Origin: Candidatus Tayloriibacteriota bacterium
Lineage (GTDB): Bacteria > Patescibacteriota > Minisyncoccia > Phycocordibacterales > PALSA-1337
Direction: 5' to 3'
Assembly: GCA_031384385.1 (NCBI GenBank)
Contig: JANNAN010000013.1
Coordinates: 6,015 to 70,014 of the forward strand
DNA length: 64,000 bases
The notes below the pieces were generated by a model. It did no database searches. It worked only from the letters and a program-made list of their open reading frames with translations, and was not told where the DNA came from. This document shows, one piece after another, positions 22,128 to 31,627 of the stretch. Within the stretch, counting starts at the first letter, position 1; every line of letters begins with the position of its first letter. Made by a program: the position numbers and the translations under genes.

Positions 22128-22607
22128 ATGAAAAATACAAAAATAATTGGTATTTCAGTTTTATTAGAGAGAGTAAATAAAAATAGGTCAGGAATTTTTA
22201 ATAAAGAATCAGAAGTAATAGCGATTCTACCTGAGGAAATTGCTTTAATCATGGGTGATACTAAAATAAATATTTCTGAATTTATAATTGCAAAAATTAA
22301 GGGGTTCATTAAGAAAAATATTGGTCATAATGAAATAACAGATTCATTATTCTGTATGATTCCTAATAATTTATGTAATCCGAAAAAGATACTTCAAGAT
22401 ACGAGATCAAATAAGAAGTATTTATTTATAAGTGTTAATCCATTACATGAAATTGTGGTTGAAATTTCAAGAAACAATTTGGATAAAAGTGAGATTAATA
22501 CTATTCACCTTATTAATTATAATGAACTAAGACGACTGGAAATTTATTTTCCAGTCGTCTTTAGCTCTGGCGGAACCCCCGGTTTTCCGCATACGTGCAT
22601 CCTATAA
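22128..22607 (+). CDS. Hypothetical protein
   Basis: 159-aa ORF, family not recognised. Confidence 0.5.
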   Translation: MKNTKIIGISVLLERVNKNRSGIFNKESEVIAILPEEIALIMGDTKINISEFIIAKIKGFIKKNIGHNEITDSLFCMIPNNLCNPKKILQDTRSNKKYLFISVNPLHEIVVEISRNNLDKSEINTIHLINYNELRRLEIYFPVVFSSGGTPGFPHTCIL

Positions 22608-22736
22608 GGATCGCTGGTGGGGGACTTTCCAGTCTTCAGATATTATCACTTTACATAACTATGCTATCAAAATAAAATAACTTGTCAATCTTAATCCCTT
22701 GAGTTTTCATTGATTTTAATGTATTTTATATAGCAT

Positions 22737-22810
22737 TGCGGGATCGTATAATGGTAGTACAGCGGCCTTTGAAGCCGTGAATCTTGGTTCGATTCCAAGT
22801 CCCGCAGCCA
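22737..22810 (+). tRNA. tRNA-Gln (TTG)
   Basis: TGCGGGA/TCCCGCA acceptor, GCGGC-CTTTGAA-GCCGT, GGTTCGATTCC, encoded CCA. Confidence 0.95.
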
Positions 22811-22849
22811 ACTAGCATCAATTCTTACTTCTGCTATAATTAACCTACT

Positions 22850-23425
22850 ATGAAAGATCCAACATTATTGTTTATATTAATTTGTTTTATTATTCAGATT
22901 ATCATTTGGATTATTACTGGTTTTTCAACAAAAAGCACAAAGGTCAATAGTGGTGGTTGGTCACTAAGAATAATTGCTATTATTATAGTCGGTGCATTGA
23001 TTTTATTTAGACAACAAGTGATGGCAACTCTACCATTTTTGGGTATTGAAATTTGGCCTCGCTCATTCTCACTTGGAATTATCGCAGATATTATTGTTCT
23101 AATTGGAACAATAATCATGATTTGGGCGCGTGTAAGTATTGGTAAGAATTGGAGTGCAAATATTGTTCTAAAAGAAAATCATGAACTAATTATAAATGGT
23201 CCTTATAAATATATCCGTCACCCTATTTATTCTGGTCTACTTCTAATGATCCTTGGAATTTCTATATATTCTGGATTACTTTCAGAGATTCTACTCTTTG
23301 TTCTTTTCTTTCTTGGCGCAAATTATAAGGCAAATAAAGAAGAGAGACTTTTGATTGAGCATTTTCCTGGTAAATATATTGATTATAAAAATAAAGTTAA
23401 GGCTTTCATTCCTTTTGTTTTCTAA
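22850..23425 (+). CDS. Isoprenylcysteine carboxyl methyltransferase family membrane protein
   Basis: GPYKYIRHPIY, EERLL...Y motifs, multiple TMs. Confidence 0.88.
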   Translation: MKDPTLLFILICFIIQIIIWIITGFSTKSTKVNSGGWSLRIIAIIIVGALILFRQQVMATLPFLGIEIWPRSFSLGIIADIIVLIGTIIMIWARVSIGKNWSANIVLKENHELIINGPYKYIRHPIYSGLLLMILGISIYSGLLSEILLFVLFFLGANYKANKEERLLIEHFPGKYIDYKNKVKAFIPFVF

Positions 23426-23430
23426 AATTA

Positions 23431-23925
23431 ATGATAAATAGAGTAATTTCTTTAATAACTTTTCCTGGAGTAATGGTCCACGAATGGGCGCATAAGAAAT
23501 TTTGTAATTGGAATAATGTAAGAGTTCATAAGGTTAAATATTTTACTTTTGGAAATCCAGCAGGTTATGTTGAGCATGAATCCCCAGTAAATTTTAAGCA
23601 GACTTTCTGGATTTCTATTGGTCCATTGATTATAAATTCATTGGCAGTGGTCGCTCTTAGTTTCTTTGCTTTTAGAATTACTACTGATCCTAGGTGGTAT
23701 TGGATTTTTCTTTGGCTAGCTTTTTCAATTGGAATGCATTCATTTCCAAGTAATCATGATATGAAAAATATTTCGAGTGAAATACTACATGGTGGTCATC
23801 TTTTGTACTATTTAGCTTTTCCACTAGTTTGGCTTATTTGGATTGCTAATTTCTTAAGATTTTTCTGGTTTGATGCAATTTACTCTTTAATCCTTATTGC
23901 TTTGAGTTTTAATTTATTTAAATAA
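23431..23925 (+). CDS. Membrane zinc metalloprotease-like protein (HExxH)
   Basis: FPGVMVHEWAH, GYVEH, FPSNHD. Confidence 0.7.
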   Translation: MINRVISLITFPGVMVHEWAHKKFCNWNNVRVHKVKYFTFGNPAGYVEHESPVNFKQTFWISIGPLIINSLAVVALSFFAFRITTDPRWYWIFLWLAFSIGMHSFPSNHDMKNISSEILHGGHLLYYLAFPLVWLIWIANFLRFFWFDAIYSLILIALSFNLFK

Positions 23926-23971
23926 AAACTAGATTTTTTATGTTAAAATATAATCAATTGAAATAATAATT

Positions 23972-24145
23972 ATGTCATCTAAATTTTTAATTTATATCGG
24001 AATGACAATTGGAGGTTATATTGGTGGTTATTTACCAACACTTTGGGGTGCTGATTATTTTTCATTTTCGTCTATAATATTTGGTATGTTTGGTGGAATA
24101 GCTGGTATTTGGCTTGGTTATAAAATTAGTCGTTTTGTCGTATAA
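23972..24145 (+). CDS. Small Gly-rich two-TM protein (57 aa)
   Basis: Manual translation MSSKFLIYIGMTIGGYIGGYLPTLWGADYFSFSSIIFGMFGGIAGIWLGYKISRFVV. Confidence 0.75.
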   Translation: MSSKFLIYIGMTIGGYIGGYLPTLWGADYFSFSSIIFGMFGGIAGIWLGYKISRFVV

Positions 24146-24172
24146 TATAATTATGTCTAAAAATAATTAAAT

Positions 24173-24544
24173 ATGAAAAATTTAAAAACTTATTCACCAA
24201 ATATTCTTAGAGTTGGCATTGCTGCGGTAATAATGTGGTTCGGTTTTCAACAGTTGATGCATCCAACATCATGGACTGGTTTTCTTCCTGATTTTGCAGA
24301 ATCAATTCCAATGTCAAAAATTTATCTTATTTATTTGAATGGTTTATTTGAAGTACTTGCTAGTCTATTGATGATTCTTGGTTTATTTACAAGAACTGCT
24401 TCATTATTGATGGCAATTCATTTGACCGCAATTATATATACACTTGGTTATGGCCCTATAGCTCTTAGAAATTTAGGCTTAGTTATTGCGCTGTTCGTAG
24501 TATTTCTTAACGGTAAAGATAGTTGGTCTATTTCAAATAAGTAA
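24173..24544 (+). CDS. DoxX family membrane protein
   Basis: LRVGIA...FGFQQL, GLFEV...LGLFTR. Confidence 0.8.
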   Translation: MKNLKTYSPNILRVGIAAVIMWFGFQQLMHPTSWTGFLPDFAESIPMSKIYLIYLNGLFEVLASLLMILGLFTRTASLLMAIHLTAIIYTLGYGPIALRNLGLVIALFVVFLNGKDSWSISNK

Positions 24545-25730
24545 TATCTCGAGGATAGAAAAGATTGATAGTCCACTCAAGAACTATTTCTAATCTTTTT
24601 TTCAATGAATTAAATTTGAATAAGTATATTGTTCTCCAAATCAACCACATAATCGGACCTCTCAATGTAATTTTTCCAAATTGTCCAGCAGCTGACCATT
24701 GTCCAAGTGAAATAGTAAAACCTTTTATTCTTACTATAAACTTCTCTAATTCTTTTTTATTGGATAAAAAATAGATATTATTTGCTACGGTTTTTGCTTG
24801 TTGAACAGCTATTTGAGCAAGCATTGGATAAATTCCTGCAGAATCTCCAAGGCCAAATATTTCAGGATTTTTTATTGATTGTAAATATTCATTTGTTTCC
24901 AATCTTCCTTTTTGACCAATTTCAATCCCTATTATTTCTGAAAGAGAAGGTTTAACCCCAGCAACCCAAATAATAGTATTAGCTTTTATTGATGTATTAT
25001 CATCGAAAATAATTAAATTTGGTTCAACCCTTATTACCATTCTGTTCGTCATTAATTCAATTCCTTTCTTTTTTAATTGAGAAAGTGCAATCGAGCGCAT
25101 TTTAATAGGAAATTGTGGGATTATTTCTGGCGTATTAGTAATAATTGAAATTTTTACATCTTTATTTCTAAAAATTGAATCTTTATAATATAAATTTAAA
25201 ATATGATCAGTGTATTCTGTTAGTTCTGTAACTAGCTCTACACCAGTTGCTCCAGCACCAATTATTGCAAAAGAAAGTAGATCTTTATTTTTCTCAGTAT
25301 GAGCTTTTTTAAAAGTGGAAATAATATGATTTTTTAAAATCATCGCATCATTTATACTTTTTAGGCTAAAACTATTCTCTTGTGCACCATCAATTCCAAA
25401 ATAATTTGTTTCAGCGCCAGATGAAATAACTAGATAATCATAATTGAAAGATCTATTTCCAGTTCTTACTATTTTATTTACTCTATCAATTTCATTTACA
25501 GTATCTTCAATAAAGATAACTGAACTTTCACGAAATATTTCATATATAGACTCCGTAACACTTTGAGGAGTTAGTGAACCTGTTGCAACTTCATGTAAAA
25601 GTGGAGTAAAAATAAAATAATTACTTTTGTTAATTAAAGTTATTTCAGCTTTTTTGCCAAACAATTTACTCAGCTTTTTTGCTGTATAAATTCCTCCAAA
25701 TCCTCCACCAACAATTAAAATTTTATTCAT
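24528..25730 (-). CDS. ndh: Type II NADH dehydrogenase-like FAD oxidoreductase
   Basis: GGGFGG, FTPLLHEVATG, GAGATGVE, IWVAGV, AQIAVQQA. Confidence 0.85.
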   Translation of the reverse strand: MNKILIVGGGFGGIYTAKKLSKLFGKKAEITLINKSNYFIFTPLLHEVATGSLTPQSVTESIYEIFRESSVIFIEDTVNEIDRVNKIVRTGNRSFNYDYLVISSGAETNYFGIDGAQENSFSLKSINDAMILKNHIISTFKKAHTEKNKDLLSFAIIGAGATGVELVTELTEYTDHILNLYYKDSIFRNKDVKISIITNTPEIIPQFPIKMRSIALSQLKKKGIELMTNRMVIRVEPNLIIFDDNTSIKANTIIWVAGVKPSLSEIIGIEIGQKGRLETNEYLQSIKNPEIFGLGDSAGIYPMLAQIAVQQAKTVANNIYFLSNKKELEKFIVRIKGFTISLGQWSAAGQFGKITLRGPIMWLIWRTIYLFKFNSLKKRLEIVLEWTINLFYPRDITYLK

Positions 25731-25792
25731 ATCATTTGTATATCTGCATTATTTTTAATATAATGATTATATTAATATATAATATAGCACAT

Positions 25793-26173
25793 ATGGAATA
25801 CTTATTTTTACTGGGCAGGATATTATTTGGAGGATATTTTTTAATGAATGGGTATAATCATTTGAAAAATATTTCAGGAATGGCGGGATATGCTCAATCT
25901 AAGGGAGTACCTTATGCGAAAGCATCAATTGTAATTACCGGTATTCTTCTTGTTCTGGGTGGTACAGGTATTGTTCTTGGTCTGTACCCAAGAATTGCTG
26001 TTGTATTACTTTTAATTTTCTTAATTCCAGTTACATTTAAAATGCATCAATATTGGAAAATCCAAGATCCTATGCAAAAAATGGGGGAAGAAATTCATTT
26101 TATGAAGAATATTGCATTGATTGGTGCAACTATTACATTTCTATTCGTAACTGCTTGGCCACTATCTTTATAA
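25793..26173 (+). CDS. DoxX family membrane protein
   Basis: LGRILFGGYF...H, HQYWK, HFMKNIAL. Confidence 0.85.
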   Translation: MEYLFLLGRILFGGYFLMNGYNHLKNISGMAGYAQSKGVPYAKASIVITGILLVLGGTGIVLGLYPRIAVVLLLIFLIPVTFKMHQYWKIQDPMQKMGEEIHFMKNIALIGATITFLFVTAWPLSL

Positions 26174-26246
26174 TTAAGCAATAGACTATATCAGTACAAG
26201 CTATGATTGTAGATAATCTAAATTTTACTTATGATATAATAAAACT

Positions 26247-27239
26247 ATGAAAAAAATAAGAGTTGCCATTAATGGCTTTGGCCGAATCGGTCGTGCATTT
26301 TATAAAGTAGCAAAAGAAAATCCAAATATTGAAATTGTTGCTGTTAATGATTTAACTTCTCTTGAAAATGTAGAATATCTTTTAAAATATGATTCTGTTT
26401 ATGGGAAAAGTGACTATACTTTGAAAGGTGTTGAATATTTATCTGAAAAAGATCCAACATTATTACCATGGGGTAAATTTAATATTGATGTAGTTATAGA
26501 ATCTACTGGGTTATTTACATCAAGCGATAAGGCTCAAGCCCATATTCTTGCTGGTGCAAAGAGAGTTGTTGTTTCTGCGCCAATAAAAGATGATGCAATG
26601 TCAGTTGTAAAAGGTGAGACTATTCTAATGGGAATGAATGAAGAAAAGCTTTCTACTTGTCAGATTTCTTCTAATGCTTCTTGTACAACAAATGCCGGAA
26701 GCCCATTGCTTGCAATTCTGGATGAAGTTATCGGTGTTGAAAAAGCAGTTCTAAATACTGTACATGCATATACCGCTAGTCAGGCAATTGTTGATGGACC
26801 AAGTAAAAAAGATATGCGAGAAGGACGAGCAGCAGCAGAAAATATTGTTCCCTCAACTACTGGAGCAGCTATTGCAGTAACAAAGGTTATGACAGGTCTT
26901 ACTGGACTTTTTGATGGCATTTCTATAAGAGTTCCTGTTATCGCTGGTTCTATAGTGGATGTAACATTTATTTCAAAGAAAAATACAACAGTTGAAGAAG
27001 TAAATGAAGCTTTGAAAAAAGCAGCTTCAGAAGATCGTTGGAAGGGAATATTTACAGTTACAGAAGAAGATTTAGTTTCTTCAGATATAAAAGGGAATCC
27101 ACATGCATCAATCGCAGATCTTGCATTTACAAAAGTAGTTGGTGGAAATTTGGTAAAAGTTTTAGCTTGGTATGACAATGAGATGGGGTACACACATACC
27201 CTCGTGAATCATGTCATTGCGGCAGGAAGATTAGTCTAA
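26247..27239 (+). CDS. gap: Glyceraldehyde-3-phosphate dehydrogenase (last ~19 codons probably supplied by the integrated element)
   Basis: INGFGRIGR, SNASCTTN, AWYDNEMGY. Confidence 0.97.
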   Translation: MKKIRVAINGFGRIGRAFYKVAKENPNIEIVAVNDLTSLENVEYLLKYDSVYGKSDYTLKGVEYLSEKDPTLLPWGKFNIDVVIESTGLFTSSDKAQAHILAGAKRVVVSAPIKDDAMSVVKGETILMGMNEEKLSTCQISSNASCTTNAGSPLLAILDEVIGVEKAVLNTVHAYTASQAIVDGPSKKDMREGRAAAENIVPSTTGAAIAVTKVMTGLTGLFDGISIRVPVIAGSIVDVTFISKKNTTVEEVNEALKKAASEDRWKGIFTVTEEDLVSSDIKGNPHASIADLAFTKVVGGNLVKVLAWYDNEMGYTHTLVNHVIAAGRLV

Positions 27240-27268
27240 AACCCAGACTTCTAAAATTCAATAAATTT

Positions 27269-27296
27269 AAAGACCTAGTAAATCTAGGTCTTTTTT
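27269..27296 (+). terminator. Intrinsic terminator after gap
   Basis: aagacctag-taaat-ctaggtctt followed by T tract. Confidence 0.8.
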
Positions 27297-27390
27297 GTAC
27301 CTAGGCTCGTCTACCAAAGGTCGAAATTTATTAACTAAAAAGTCATTGTCCTGAAAAGGATCAGCCGATGTACAACGGCAGATGCTACCA

Positions 27391-27696
27391 ATGAAAAATA
27401 AACCTAAAAGCACTAGAGCAGTTACCTATCGGAGATACGGCATCCCCGCCCTCATCCTCGAGGGAAAATGGCTCACAGAAAAATATCGATTGAACATAGG
27501 TGATGTCGTCGATATCGATTATCAACCTAAAAAAATTCGACTGCGAAAGAACCCTACTCTTAGTAAAGAGCGACAAACCATGCTCAAAGAGAAGGCAGAA
27601 ATCCGCAAACGAAGAATCCAAGGATACGCACATGACACCATCACAAACCAAGATGAAAACGCTAGCCAGAGAAGCATTAAAGTTAGTGAAGGATAA
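27391..27696 (+). CDS. SymE-like (AbrB-fold) protein
   Basis: IPALILEGKWLTEKYRLNIGDVVDI resembles the SymE PxLxLxGxWLxxxGFxxG pattern. Confidence 0.55.
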   Translation: MKNKPKSTRAVTYRRYGIPALILEGKWLTEKYRLNIGDVVDIDYQPKKIRLRKNPTLSKERQTMLKEKAEIRKRRIQGYAHDTITNQDENASQRSIKVSEG

Positions 27697-27928
27697 AGCG
27701 CCGACAATTGTCGACGAACAGATCTTGCCTCACATGCTCGATGAAGTAGCGGAATTCAGCGGCGACATCATGGGAAAGCTCACCAATCTTGATGCGGAAA
27801 ATGACAAAGCCATAACAATGGCACACGGCATTATCCGGGACGGATTGTTTAGCGAAATCATGAGTCAGATCAATGAAACGATGCTGGTAGAAGCCGACAA
27901 GAGAATTACTAAATTATTCAAAAAATAA
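27632..27928 (+). CDS. Hypothetical phage protein
   Basis: AAGGA before ATG 27632; helical 98-aa ORF. Confidence 0.6.
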   Translation: MTPSQTKMKTLAREALKLVKDKAPTIVDEQILPHMLDEVAEFSGDIMGKLTNLDAENDKAITMAHGIIRDGLFSEIMSQINETMLVEADKRITKLFKK

Positions 27929-28006
27929 AATCTCCACGCAGGGAGAGATCGGATCCGTCAGATAGATTCATTCTCTCAAAAAGCCTCCGGGAAGTCAATA
28001 ACCATA

Positions 28007-29152
28007 ATGAACACACAAAATATAACAACAAATAAGCCAAAGGTGCATGATAACTTCTTCGCGCTAATTGGAAACACCAAACCCTACTTCAAGGCAGCCT
28101 TCGAAGGCTTCGCCGGAACGGGAAAAACCTATACGGCAGCTAAGGTTGCCATAGGTCTACACAAGAGAGTCGGATCAAAGAAACCGGTCATCATCTTTGA
28201 CACCGAGAAGGCGGCTAAGTTTCTTAAGTCCATGTTCGCAGCAGAAGGGATAGAGGTACTGGTCCGTGAATCAAAATCCCTCGCTGACCTCAAGGAGACG
28301 ATGACTCGCATGAGAGAGGGTGCGAGCGATGTTCTCATCATCGACTCAATCAGCCATGTCTGGGAGGACTTCCTCAAATCATACGCAGAGAAGGTACGAC
28401 GCACCAGATTGGAATTTCAAGACTGGGGCGTGATCAAGCCTACATGGAAGACAGAATTCTCCGATGTCTTCGTACGTGATCCATATCACATCATCATGAC
28501 TGGTCGTGCTGGCTATGAGTACGAGAACGAGATCAACAAAGAGACTGGGAAAAGAGAAATTTATAAGTCGGGAATAAAGATGAAGGTTGAGGGAGAGACG
28601 GCATATGAGCCTGACCTGCTTGTCCTCATGGAACGCATGCAGGAAATGGAAGGAGGTTCTATCAAGAAGGTGACACGACAAGGAATTGTTATCAAAGATC
28701 GATCGACCGTAATCGACGGTAAGGTCTTCGAAAATCCTGACTTCAAGGATTTTGCACCTGCAGTTGAAGTGATGCTAGAAGCTCCTGAAAAACTTGAGAC
28801 TACGGCTGAACGTGATGCAGGAACGCTCTTCCGAACCGAGGAAGAAAAGTATGAGTGGAAACAGATGAAGAAGCGATGGCTCGAGGAGATTGAGAATTAT
28901 CTCGTCTCTGTTTGGCCAGGACAATCTGCCGATCAAAAGAAACTCAAGATCGATGCCATCCAGTTTGCCTTCAACACAATGAGTTGGACGGTAGTCGAAT
29001 CATTGCGACCCGAAGCACTGGAAGCGGGATTCGCAAAGGTTCAGGAGTTTGTACGAAAGCACACCGCACTTCAGAGCGCAGAGATGAGTGGTGAACCAAT
29101 AAAGGTCGAAAAGCCAGTCAAGAAGACAGAAGCCAAGGCAAAAACAAAATAA
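28007..29152 (+). CDS. Phage P-loop ATPase, AAA_24/Sak4-like recombination protein
   Basis: GFAGTGKTYTA, FDTE, LIIDSISHVW, DWGVIK, YEPDL. Confidence 0.75.
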   Translation: MNTQNITTNKPKVHDNFFALIGNTKPYFKAAFEGFAGTGKTYTAAKVAIGLHKRVGSKKPVIIFDTEKAAKFLKSMFAAEGIEVLVRESKSLADLKETMTRMREGASDVLIIDSISHVWEDFLKSYAEKVRRTRLEFQDWGVIKPTWKTEFSDVFVRDPYHIIMTGRAGYEYENEINKETGKREIYKSGIKMKVEGETAYEPDLLVLMERMQEMEGGSIKKVTRQGIVIKDRSTVIDGKVFENPDFKDFAPAVEVMLEAPEKLETTAERDAGTLFRTEEEKYEWKQMKKRWLEEIENYLVSVWPGQSADQKKLKIDAIQFAFNTMSWTVVESLRPEALEAGFAKVQEFVRKHTALQSAEMSGEPIKVEKPVKKTEAKAKTK

Positions 29153-29265
29153 AGAAAGCACTCGGAGCTTGGCCACTGACTCAATCCTCATCGCAGTGGC
29201 GTGAGGATTGAGATCAGGAGCTAAGCATCAAGGATCGCCTACGGGCGCTTTCTTTCTTCATCAAA

Positions 29266-29832
29266 ATGGAAGAACACAAAAAATACAATTTAATACCGAA
29301 TAGTACGCAGTTACCAAATATTCTTCTAGACAAGATCATTCCTCTTATCCCTGAAGCTGAAGCACGATGCTTGATTTACATATGTCGTCGCACCTTCGGT
29401 TTCCAAAAAGAATCGGATCGGATTAGTTTTTCGCAATTCATGGAAGGGATCAAAGATAGGAGAGGAATAGTTCTTGATTATGGAACCGGACTATCCCGCC
29501 AGTCAGTTTCTCAAGGACTCAAGAATCTGGTCCGTGCAGGGGTAGTCATTTCAAGCAAAAATAGCAAGGGAAATTTCTACAAAATTAACCTTGAAATGGC
29601 TGTGGATAAAGTAGTCTACCTAGTAGACCAGTCTAGAAAATTGACCAAAAGTGGTCTAAAGAATAGACCGAAATCGGTCTACCTAGTAGACACACAAAAC
29701 CAAGGAAACAAAGAGAAACCAAGTATTAGGGGTTCTACTGATCCTCCTGTGGATAACCGCCCTGAGTTTTTGAGGCTCATGGCAGATCTCACACAGAAGT
29801 TCTCTTTAAAAACTACTAACCAAAAATCATGA
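29266..29832 (+). CDS. Phage replication initiator (O-like, winged helix)
   Basis: TQLPN...IYICRRTFGFQKESDRISFSQF...TGLSRQSV; iterons inside the gene. Confidence 0.8.
   Translation: MEEHKKYNLIPNSTQLPNILLDKIIPLIPEAEARCLIYICRRTFGFQKESDRISFSQFMEGIKDRRGIVLDYGTGLSRQSVSQGLKNLVRAGVVISSKNSKGNFYKINLEMAVDKVVYLVDQSRKLTKSGLKNRPKSVYLVDTQNQGNKEKPSIRGSTDPPVDNRPEFLRLMADLTQKFSLKTTNQKS
29601..29756. promoter_or_regulatory. Putative element replication origin
   Basis: Four GTCTA-N5-T(A/T)GAC palindromes (29614, 29631, 29654, 29677) flanked by perfect DnaA boxes TGTGGATAA (29601, 29748). Confidence 0.75.
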
Positions 29833-30242
29833 AGCAATTCTCATTTACCATAGAAGGCAACCAAGATGATCGACTTGGAAATGCTATACCAAAGATCAGA
29901 AAGACATACCGACAGCAATGGACACCTGAAGCCCAAAGATATACGGCATGGAAAGGATTCATACAAGAAGCATTTCTCAGGTCTCTTGTAGATATTGATT
30001 TCAAAGTTCACATAAGATTTCAGAGATTGGTGAAGAAACCAATAAAACTTGCTGAGGGTGAGAAAGCTATTATGGACATCCGTATTTTCTGGAAAGACGA
30101 AACACATGGTGACCCAGAGAATATATTCGGCTCGATTGCAGATGCACTCTTCTACAACGATAAGTACCTTGACGGCTCATTCAAAAGTGAACTCGCCAAG
30201 GATGGAAAAGGTCGAGTGGAAATAATTATCAATATAAATTAA
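29829..30242 (+). CDS. RusA-like Holliday junction resolvase
   Basis: FTIEG...PK.R, HGDPENIFGSIADALFYND, RVEIII. Confidence 0.7.
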   Translation: MKQFSFTIEGNQDDRLGNAIPKIRKTYRQQWTPEAQRYTAWKGFIQEAFLRSLVDIDFKVHIRFQRLVKKPIKLAEGEKAIMDIRIFWKDETHGDPENIFGSIADALFYNDKYLDGSFKSELAKDGKGRVEIIININ

Positions 30243-30248
30243 AAAACA

Positions 30249-30626
30249 ATGACAGCAGAACAAACAGGAGTAATCAAAGATAAATTTATTCTAGAACTTA
30301 ATGAGCAGATTTGGCGTAAGGAAATGAATATCGCCTTTGACCTCAGTAAAATTCCAGATATTGAAAAACTCCGCGATGTTAGGTTCAAGGAACTTGATGG
30401 TCTTAATGCCGATCTAAAGCTCATAGATTCAACTGACACAACAAAACAGAGTCGAATAAAGAGAAAGGATCTAGAAAAGAAAATAGCCCTAGCTGAGGAT
30501 TTCACCTTGAAGTGTGATGAGACGATCGTTGTAATTAGAGACAATACCAATAAGGAAAAAGAAAAGGTTGACCAATTACAAGCCAGAATTAAATTCGCAG
30601 AAACCTATGGAATCGACAAAAATTAA
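30249..30626 (+). CDS. Hypothetical coiled-coil phage protein
   Basis: 125-aa ORF within the replication operon. Confidence 0.6.
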   Translation: MTAEQTGVIKDKFILELNEQIWRKEMNIAFDLSKIPDIEKLRDVRFKELDGLNADLKLIDSTDTTKQSRIKRKDLEKKIALAEDFTLKCDETIVVIRDNTNKEKEKVDQLQARIKFAETYGIDKN

Positions 30627-31300
30627 AATTAATGAGTTAAGACGAGCTGAGTATAACCCACGCATTATGCCAGAAAATGAAATGTCTGCGCTTAAGACAA
30701 GTATCAAGACCTTCGGCTTTGTCGAATCAGTAGTGGTAAATACCCACACCTGTGACCAATGTGGTGACAGAAAATGGGTACTGGTAGGGGGTCATCAGCG
30801 AACTACCGCCGTAGAGGGGCTTGTAGCACAAGGTGAAGCCATAAAAGGCATTGAAACCAAGGATGGAGTCACCCTCATTCCAGCCAACCTAGTTGATTTA
30901 CACCTTCCTGAAGAAAAGCTTTTGAATCTCGCCCTCAATAAAATCAAAGGAAAATGGGATGAGAAAAAACTCTTCGAAATTATTGTCGAGCTTAAGGAAT
31001 CACCATCCATTCCCGCTTCGGGATTTCGAGACGATGAGATCAGCCGAATACTCGATCAGACTCTTGAGGACGAGGAAGAGGATGAAGGTGAGGGCGACGG
31101 TGCCGACAAAGAACCTCGCTCAAAGCTTGGCGAAATCTATGAGCTCGGGTCCCACAGGCTCATATGTGGTGATTCAACAGATCCCGATACGTACAAAAAA
31201 CTTCTTGGAGAGGAAAGGGCTGATATGGTTTTCACTGACCCTCCATACAATGTGAACTATAAAAGTCGAGGAAATAAACTCAAAGAGGAAGGTAATGAGT
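30607..31300 (+). pseudogene. ParB-N domain/DNA amino-methyltransferase fusion, truncated by IS3
   Basis: YNPR...VGGHQR, GSHRLICGDS, FTDPPYNV; frame runs into the IS left end and the SAM-binding half is missing. Confidence 0.85.
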
Positions 31301-31369
31301 TGGCCCTCCCCCCAAATTTAATACACCAATCTTGTATAATTAATAGAAATAATTAAATATATAAGGAAT

Positions 31370-31627
31370 ATGAAAACACATAAAATATCACCAGAGTTAA
31401 AGGAACAAATAATTAACAGGGTAAAGAATGAAGGTATATCAGTAGCACAAGCAGTAAAAGATCATGGTGTATCTGATAACACAATATATGGTTGGATATC
31501 AAAGAAAGTAGAAGGACAACCTACATTAGCTGAAGTATTGAAATTAAGAAAAGAAAATGATGAATTGAAAAGACTTGTCGGTGATATCACATTGAAACTT
31601 TCTCTACCCCAAAAAAAGAAGTGGTAA
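31370..31627 (+). CDS. IS3 transposase OrfA (HTH)
   Basis: HTH SVAQAVKDHGVSDNTIYGW plus leucine zipper. Confidence 0.88.
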   Translation: MKTHKISPELKEQIINRVKNEGISVAQAVKDHGVSDNTIYGWISKKVEGQPTLAEVLKLRKENDELKRLVGDITLKLSLPQKKKW

